A stretch of 64,000 nt of DNA from Octopus vulgaris (taxonomy: Eukaryota). The stretch is taken from the NCBI GenBank assembly GCA_951406725.2, contig OX597819.1, positions 91,078,001-91,142,000 of the forward strand, in the 5' to 3' direction. Under the pieces are notes generated by a model. That model did not search any database. It was not told where the DNA came from and saw nothing but the letters and a program-made list of their open reading frames with translations. Position 1 is the first letter of the stretch; each line of letters starts with the position of its first letter. The translations under genes were made by a program, and so were the position numbers. This document shows, piece after piece, positions 56,119 to 64,000 of this stretch.

Positions 56119-57491
56119 GTATATTCCCGTCTGTTTTTAATTATTTGAAGTCTTCCTATTAAGAAGGAATTGCTTTCTAACAAAGATGCAAAGCTCTGTT
56201 GTTGGAATGCAGGTAACAAAAACGATGTCACATTTTGGAAAGTCTGGCACATTCTTATTGTTCCACTTACAGGTTATATTTGTAATGTGCATGTTAGGTG
56301 ATTCATTTTCCTTATTCTGAAAACTCTAGCCTTTCCAGATTGTTTTTTAGGTGTTTACTAACAAAATCAAGTGCCCCAATTATTATTGGTATAGATCATC
56401 ATCATCATCATCATCATCGTTTAACGTCCACTTTCCATGCTTGCATGGGTTGGACGATTTGTCTGAGGACTGGCAAGCCAGATGGATGCACCAGACTCCA
56501 ATCTGATCAGGCAGAGTTTCTACAGCTGGATGCCCTTCCTAATGCCAACCACTCCAAGAGTGTAGTGGGTGCTTTTATGTGCCACCGGCATGAGGACCAG
56601 ACAAGCGGTACTGGCAATGGCCACGCTCAAATGGTGTTTTTTTATGTGCCACCTGCACAGGAGCCAGTCCAGCGGCACTGGCAATGACCTCGCTTGAATG
56701 TTTTTTCACGTGCCACCGGCACAATTGCTAGTAAGGTGACGCTGGTAACAATTACGCTTGAATGGTGCTTTTTACGTGCCACCAGCATGGAAGCCTGTTA
56801 GCTGCTCTGGCAAAGATCACACTCAGATGGTGCTCTTAGCACTTCACTAGCATGGATGCCAGTCATTGAATTTGATTTCGATTTCAATTTCACTTACCTC
56901 AACAGGTTTTTGCAAGCAGAGTTTAGTGTCTAATGAAGGAAAGGTGATTTTTTTGAGAGATTTTTATATCATCAGAGCAGCTGACCTCTATGATGGTACA
57001 TACTTTTTCTTAGGCCCATTAAGATAAAGAGGCTCAATCAATGGCGACAGATATACAATTTGAATATGAGTTATCACTGACAATGACGAAGTAGGCATGG
57101 CTCTGTGGTAAGAAGCCTGCTTCTCAACCACATGGTTCTGGGCAGGTGTCTTCTACTATCTATAGCCTTGGGCTGACCAAAGCCTTCTGAGTGGATTTGG
57201 TAAATAGAAACTGTGTATATATATATATGAAGGGAATATATGTGCATATATTTATGTGTGTGTCTGTGTTTGTCCCCCAGCCATCACTTGACAACTGATG
57301 TTGGTGTGTTTATGTCCCTGTAACTTAGCAATTCAGTAAAAAAAAACAAACAATGGAATAAATACTAGGCTTACAAAGAATAAGCCCAGTCTTAAAAACC
57401 CTTCGAGGTGATGCTTCAGCATGGCCACAGTTAAATGACTGAAACAAGTAAAAGAATAAAAGAATACATAATGTAAATGATTCATGATTTA

Positions 57492-57873
57492 TCTCTCTCT
57501 ATATAAACGGCAGTTTGTCTGTGCGTTTTCTGTGTGTCTGTTTGCTTGTACCCTCACCCTGACCACGGCTTTCAACCGATTCTGATGAAACTTGACATAC
57601 ACATAGCCCAATGTCATAATTCAAAACTAACGCAGCGAAAATTTTGAAAAGTTCCCCCAGTTCTGAAAAAAATCGATAAATTCGACATGGGGTCGAGAAT
57701 CAGAAACACAAACCGCAAACTGTCTAGGGGACGCAACTCCACCTTTTTTAACTAAAAAAAAAATTTACCATCATTTTTTTCCATTTTTTTGCTATTTTTT
57801 GGCTATAACTCTCTAAAAATGCTTTATACTTATTTCCCTTACAAACCTGAGCAACGCCGGGCGATACTGCTAG
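57492..57873 (+). mobile_element. Non-autonomous Helitron
   Basis: A|TC 5' end, subterminal hairpin CCTG-AGCAACGC-CGGG, and a CTAG|T 3' end with no TSD. Confidence 0.75.
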
Positions 57874-58768
57874 TAAGTGATAAATGTACCTTAAGGAAAT
57901 AAAGATACTCGGAGTATAAGTTGACTGAAGAAGATGTTGAATAAAGAACAACTTTTAAATTTAGAACAGCAATGTGCATATGATGAATATGGTCGCCAAG
58001 GTGGAACCAATGAAGCTAAGATTCAAATGATTCTTTGTTCTAAGTGGCCAGGCAATGTTCCTTTTAAATCGTTACCTCCATGAATATGCAGCATAGTGTG
58101 ATTTGAGGGATATTTGATTATTATTTGTAGCAGGTAAGACAAATGCACAAAAGCTCTCTACCTTCGTCGATGTCCTTTTTGAAGATAGTTGGGTGTGATT
58201 CGAGGGATATTTGGTCGCTATTCCAAACAGGTCAAGCAACTACATAGTGGTTCCCTGGCTGGCTTGTTTCCCCTCAGATCAACCATGATTGTACAGAGCT
58301 ATAACCAAAAGAGAGTTTACCCCAGACCATTCTATTTTTCATGTATTGTGTATTACATTATCCAATGTACACTTTATTTAAGATGGTAATGTGTGATTTG
58401 AGACAAATTTAGCTGCTCTTTCTAGCATGTCAAATGACTGCACAGCTACTTCATCATTCTTAAGCTACAAAATTTGAAAGTCAGCAGTAATGAATATGCA
58501 CATTTGAAATTATTTACTCTATACACCCACTGGATATGTGCATGAAATGATCTCAACTGAAGTACACTCATGCACCCCCCCCCCCACACACACACACACA
58601 CTCACACATGCACACACACACACACACACACACAAACACATATATGTATGACATGATCATCATCGCTGTTTAACGTCCACCTTCCATGCTGGCATGGGTT
58701 GGACAGTTTGACAGGAGCTGACCAGACTTCTGTCTGTTTTATGCATATATATATATGTGTGTATATAC

Positions 58769-58807
<39 letters not shown>

Positions 58808-58813
<6 letters not shown>

Positions 58814-59390
58814 CATCATCATCATCATCGTTTAACGTCCGCTTTCCATGCTAGCATGGGTTGGACGGTTCAACTGGGGTCTGGGGAGCCCGAAGGCTGC
58901 ACCAGGCCAGTCAGATCTGGTAGTGTTTCTACAGCTGGATGCCCTTCCTAACGCCAACCACTCCGAGAGTGTAGTGGGTGATTTTATGTGCCACCGACAC
59001 AGGTGCCAGACGAGGCTGGCGAACGGCCACGCTCGGATGGTGTTTTTTATGTGCCACCGACACAGGTGCCAGACGAGGCTGGCAGACGGCCACGCTTGGA
59101 TGGTGTTTTTTTATGTGCCACCGACACAGGTGCCAGACGAGGCTGGCAAACGGCCACGATCGGATGGTGTTTGTTACATGCCCACAGCACGAAGGCCAGT
59201 CGATGTGGTACTGGCTACGGCCACGTTCGGATGGTTTTCTTATGTGCCACCGGCACTGGTACCACAAGGATACAAATTCCATTGATGTTCATCTATTTTG
59301 ATTTGGTTTGATTTTGGTTTGATTTTTACTTGCCTCAACAGGTCTTCACAAGTGTCACAAGAAGAAAGGTATGCACAGGTGAACTGACTA
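58808..59390 (-). mobile_element. 3' end of the same RTE family (representative copy)
   Basis: (CAT)n-TTTAACGTCCGCTTTCCATGCTAGCATGGG motif. Other copies at ~4907-5310, 15930-16460, 16510-16650(+), 18166-18345, 19348-19630, 35660-36050, 49650-50120, 56395-56950 and 59597-59787. Confidence 0.8.
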
Positions 59391-59561
59391 CACATATATA
59401 CCTGACGGGTTTCTTTCAATTTCCGTCTGCCAAATTCACTCAGAAGGCTTTGGTTGCCTGAGGCTACAGCAGGAAACATTTGCTGAAGGTTATACTCAAT
59501 GGGACTGAACCCTGAACCATATGGTTAGGAAGCAAGCTTCTTATCACAGCCACACCTATGC

Positions 59562-59599
<38 letters not shown>

Positions 59600-59799
59600 T
59601 CATCATCATCATCATCGTTTAACGTCCGCTTTCCATGCTAGCATGGGTTGGACGGTTCAACTGGGGTCTGGGAAGCCCGAAGGCTGCACCAGACCAGTCA
59701 GATCTGGCAGTGTTTCTACAGCTGGATGCCCTTCCTAACGCCAACCATTCCGAGAGTGTAGTGGGTGATTTTATGTGCCACCGACACATAACATATATA

Positions 59800-59923
<124 letters not shown>

Positions 59924-60446
59924 GTGTATATGTATGTATATATATTTAAATACTTTTGTAAAAATTACTTAATACAATTACAATAATTAAAGATGGATTT
60001 TTTAAAGTTATTAACTATTCAAAAATTTTTTTTTATTTCATTGAATGTCATCAACCTTTATGAAAGAAGTTTGTCTATAAGCAAACATTTTGTACAAAAG
60101 CTGGTGGCATTCAATATATATATTATTACATACATGCATTAATGTATACATACATGGATGCATACTTGAACACATACATAAATATGCACGAACACATACA
60201 CACAGACTTATATACAAATACAAATATATATTCATACACACACATACACACACGTATGTATATATTTATATTCTTTTACTTGACTGCAGCCATGCTGGGG
60301 CATAGCTTGTAGTTGAGCAAATCGACCCCAGGACTTATTCTTTGTCAGCCGAGTACTTAATCTATTGGAACATACCAGCATTGGGACAAACACAAGCATA
60401 TAGACAAACACACACACACACAAACACACGCACACACACACACACA

Positions 60447-60478
<32 letters not shown>

Positions 60479-60581
60479 CGTTTAAATATTTGTTGTGCAA
60501 GATTTTTTATGTGAAGTCGTGTGTTGAAACATATTGTTATATTTCGGAATGGTCATATTGCCAGTTTAGCCAATAAAAACA

Positions 60582-62327
60582 ACATTACCCTTCAACAAAA
60601 GGGTATACATCCCAAGACGTACTAATGACCACATGGAAGCACAGTTCACTATAGCTAGGACCAAACTTAGACAGATTTTAGGTTTATACATTAAGAGACA
60701 GAGACAGAATAAGACAGATGCCCAACAACTCGGGATTAAACCTGCATGTGGCCTACAGAAGCTCATTCAGCGCACGAAGAACGGAGAGGTGATATGCCTT
60801 CCCACGGATAAGTCAGGCAGGATGTCAATAGACAGCTTACCGAACTACATCCAGGCAATGCAACCTCATATCGCCAATACAAAAGTAACAACTGTACAGG
60901 CGCATGAGGAGAGAGAAAAGGTCCTCAATGCCCACATGATGATGTGGACAATTGTTCTGGGACCTCAGAAACGTACTGCAAAGAATTTCCAAGCCTGGAA
61001 CAATGATATCCCGGCACTGTATGGACTTCGCAAGGACCATAAAGGTTTTACTGACCCTATAGCAGGACCACCAACAAGACCAGTCTGTGGAGCGAATATC
61101 GCTAGCAATTACAGAATCTCCTACTTCCTCTCAATGATCATACGCCCTATAATCAGGATGTCACCTGATGTATGTGACAGCACAGAAGATCTCCTAAGCA
61201 GGATCAGTGACTGTAACAAAACTTGTGACTTGACAGGATGTATAGTAGGTAGCATGGATGTGGTATCCCTATACCCATCGATTGACGTAGATTTTGCAGT
61301 GGAGAAGTGCGTGGAGATGATCAACGAGAGCCAGGTGGAGTTCTGTAATGTCGACACAGAAGAACTGGGCCTCCTACTTAGACTGACATATAATAGTGAA
61401 TACTTAGATAAACATAATCTTAGTAGTTTCTGCCCCAGTAGATGTTTAAGAGGTAGACCGCCTACAATTACTTCTATGGCTAGGAAGACACATATAGAAA
61501 GATGGCGCGGATGGACCAGAGCCATACGGAGCCCCGCAAATGTCCATCAGGTAAAGAAAATGATCGCACATGCACTAGGAGCTAGTATAAGAGTTACCCT
61601 AAAAGGCCACACATTTAAATTTAATAATAAAATATATGCCCAGGACGAGGGGGCAGCCATCGGTGTTAGTATCGCTGGTGATGTGGCCAACCTCTTCATG
61701 GTATGGTGGGACAGAAGGCTTAAAGAATGCCTACTGCAGAAATCCATACTCGTAAACATGTACTCTCGCTATGTTGATGATATCAATATAGTAGTAAAGG
61801 CACCCCCACAAGAGAGTACGGTTGATATAGTAATAGAAACTAATACTATGGAGAGCATCCAGCAAATAGCTAACTCCATCCACCAGAGTATTAAGGTCAC
61901 AATAGACTACCCCACTAAACACCCCAACCATAGACTACCAGTACTAGACACTGAACTCTGGCTAGAAATTGTGAAAAATAAAACCCAAATCCTTCATTCA
62001 TACTATGCAAAACCTATGGCCTCAAAATACCTGATCCACCGGAACTCAGCCATTGCGGGCAATGCCAAATTCAATATTTTGATGGCAGACCTCGTCAGAA
62101 TAATGAGAAATGTGTCACGCATGTGCGAGCCTACAGAATTAAAGAGACACATACAGTATTTCATTCACCGCATGCAGTTCTCAGGTTACAGCCATAAAGA
62201 AAGGATCAGAGTATACAAAGGAGCCATGAAGAAATTTGATAATATATTATGTAATGATAGGAATGGGATTTGCCCACTCTATAGGAACAAGTCATGGAAC
62301 ACTATAGAAAGGACAAAAAGAAAATAA
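60582..62327 (+). CDS. PLE reverse transcriptase (N-terminally truncated; frame open from the junction at 60582, first ATG at 60633)
   Basis: PLE-type motifs PTDKSG, LYGLRKDHK, TRPVCGA, SMDVVSLYPSI, QDEGAAIG, YSRYVDD, LPVLD, YYAKP. Confidence 0.92.
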   Translation, partial: TLPFNKRVYIPRRTNDHMEAQFTIARTKLRQILGLYIKRQRQNKTDAQQLGIKPACGLQKLIQRTKNGEVICLPTDKSGRMSIDSLPNYIQAMQPHIANTKVTTVQAHEEREKVLNAHMMMWTIVLGPQKRTAKNFQAWNNDIPALYGLRKDHKGFTDPIAGPPTRPVCGANIASNYRISYFLSMIIRPIIRMSPDVCDSTEDLLSRISDCNKTCDLTGCIVGSMDVVSLYPSIDVDFAVEKCVEMINESQVEFCNVDTEELGLLLRLTYNSEYLDKHNLSSFCPSRCLRGRPPTITSMARKTHIERWRGWTRAIRSPANVHQVKKMIAHALGASIRVTLKGHTFKFNNKIYAQDEGAAIGVSIAGDVANLFMVWWDRRLKECLLQKSILVNMYSRYVDDINIVVKAPPQESTVDIVIETNTMESIQQIANSIHQSIKVTIDYPTKHPNHRLPVLDTELWLEIVKNKTQILHSYYAKPMASKYLIHRNSAIAGNAKFNILMADLVRIMRNVSRMCEPTELKRHIQYFIHRMQFSGYSHKERIRVYKGAMKKFDNILCNDRNGICPLYRNKSWNTIERTKRK

Positions 62328-62905
62328 GGAAGGCCAACTCTTGGTATGATAGCCATAAATACCAGAGTGTCATGTTCGTTGACACCACCCCTGGAGGTGA
62401 ACTAGCGTACCGCTTTAGAAGGACCCTAGATAAACTTAAACTAAGAATTAAGGTTGTTGAAAAGCCAGGCAACCCTATCAGATCTATAATTGGTAGAACC
62501 TATCCTTTTAGTAGAACTCTCTGTACGGATAACTATTGCACTGTATGTAGATTTAGCCCACAAACGAACTGTAAAGCCAGAAATGTGGTCTATAGTATAA
62601 GATGTATAGAGGGAAGATGCAGTAACAAGACAGTAACATACGTAGGGGAAACTGCAAGAAGCATTGGTGAGCGGGTGAATGAACATTGGAGACAACTCAA
62701 GGAAGGTAAAAGCTCATCGATTCTGTACCAACACGCCGAACAAGAACACGGGGGATCAATCAATAACATAGAGATTAAGATATTGTCCACACATAGAACA
62801 GATGCAACAATTAGACAAATTACAGAAGCTACACATATAATAGAAAATAAACCTAGCCTGAATAGAAAACTAGAATGGAGCAATAGCGCACACCACAACA
62901 TATGA
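62315..62905 (+). CDS. PLE C-terminal GIY-YIG endonuclease with Cys-rich linker (-1 frame relative to RT)
   Basis: Linker CTDNYCTVC-x7-C, then NVVYSIRC...[18 protein letters not shown]-x3-EH, ITEA and PSLN. One extra A in the run at 62315-62319 would fuse it to the RT frame. Confidence 0.9.
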   Translation, partial: KKKIRKANSWYDSHKYQSVMFVDTTPGGELAYRFRRTLDKLKLRIKVVEKPGNPIRSIIGRTYPFSRTLCTDNYCTVCRFSPQTNCKARNVVYSIRCIEGRCSNKTVTYVGETARSIGERVNEHWRQLKEGKSSSILYQHAEQEHGGSINNIEIKILSTHRTDATIRQITEATHIIENKPSLNRKLEWSNSAHHNI

Positions 62906-63428
62906 CAATAGTGGATCCTGCAAACATAATAAATACACAGGTAATTAAAGAAATAGAAATGAATATCTATGTGTATGTATATGTGTATATATGTGTATAT
63001 GTATATGTGTATATGTGTGTGTATATATGTATATATATATATGTATATGTATATGTATGTATATATATATATATGTATATGTATATTCTTTTTTTTTTTT
63101 TTTTTTTTTTTTTTTCGATTAGATTTATTATTATTATTACTAATATTGTTGTTATACATACATACAAGCATATGTAATGATAATAATGGGTGGATGTAAA
63201 CACATGAACAAAATTAGAACAAAAGCAACAACAACAAAAACAAAATACAAATTACAAGAATGTATATAACCAGAAGATACAAATATTACAGACATCCCCC
63301 CCACACACACTAAATAAACATAGACGCACATAGAGATATAAGCATGCGCAAATGAAGACATACAATAGAAATACAAAATGGCTGACGGTTAGTAAGGAGA
63401 GACACAAGTAAGTGAGAAGAAAACAAAG

Positions 63429-63472
63429 GACCACTGATGCGGTCACAGGAGTGTGACGAAAGAACTTTGGCC
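63429..63472 (+). ncRNA. Variant minimal type I hammerhead-like motif in the PLE 3' region
   Basis: CCA-CUGAUGCG-[GUCACA GGAG UGUGAC]-GAA-AG aa CU-U-UGG. Topology fits; the core deviates from CUGAUGA. Confidence 0.55.
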
Positions 63473-63586
63473 GAAATAAGATTAAGATTAATGTAAAAAA
63501 TAAATATCACTGAAGCAAAATAACACCAAATATATAGTGCGTGTGTTTTTATTGGCTAAACTGGCAATATGACCATTCCGAAATAT

Positions 63587-63635
<49 letters not shown>

Positions 63636-64000
63636 ACAGGCTTCTTTCAGTTTCCATCTACCAAATTTACTCACAAGACTTTGGTTGGCCTGAAGCTATA
63701 GTAGAAGACACTTGCCCAAGTTTCCATGCAGTGGGACTGAACCCAGAACCATGTGGTTGGTAAGCAAGCTACTTACCACACAGCCACTCCTGCACCTATA
63801 TATATATATATAAAATGCACGTACATATATATGAACACATGTATATATAGATGCATACACAAGAAATCAGAATGCACGTATGCAAATAAATATGATCTGA
63901 TACAATGATCTCCATCCAAGATTATAGATAGTCAGTGAGTAGTTGGCCTAAAAACAATTCACTGACCTTACAAATCATGAAAACTTAAGATATTTATTGT

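Larger units (their letters stand above)
60480..63594 (+). mobile_element. Penelope-like retroelement (PLE), 5'-truncated, with inverted partial pLTR
   Basis: RT and GIY-YIG ORFs. Perfect 51-bp inverted repeat at 60531-60581 / 63544-63594. (TA)n on both flanks. HHR-like fold at 63431-63470. Confidence 0.93.

Noticed and set aside
57580-57595. CTGATGAAAC resembling an HHR core
   Set aside because: No stem II between the motifs; it is an internal Helitron sequence.
62903-62911. TGA stop as a possible selenocysteine codon (as in some Naiad PLEs)
   Set aside because: It lies after the endonuclease domain, is followed by TAG two codons later, and no SECIS was recognised.
60531-63594. Interpreting the 51-bp inverted repeats as DNA-transposon TIRs
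   Set aside because: The cargo is RT plus GIY-YIG, the ORF is truncated at the repeat, and the ends are asymmetric.

Overview
AT-rich, microsatellite-dense eukaryotic DNA, probably intergenic or inside a large intron. The SINE and microsatellite profile resembles an octopus/cephalopod genome (inference). No host gene exon could be supported, and nearly all listed ORFs are artefacts of simple repeats. The main feature is a young, 5'-truncated Penelope-like retroelement (PLE; RT plus GIY-YIG, one frameshift) at ~60480-63594. It has a perfect 51-bp inverted repeat and a variant hammerhead-ribozyme (HHR) fold in its 3' UTR, and it is inserted in the (TA)n tract of a SINE. The window also holds many short non-coding elements with minimal HHR motifs (one fully canonical, at 42158-42218; one downstream of a tRNA-like head), several fold-back inverted repeats consistent with PLE integration, RTE and RLE-type LINE remnants, mariner/DD37D transposon remnants, hAT, piggyBac-like and mariner MITEs, a non-autonomous Helitron, solo-LTR candidates, tRNA-derived SINEs and a perfect (GAC)158 tract.
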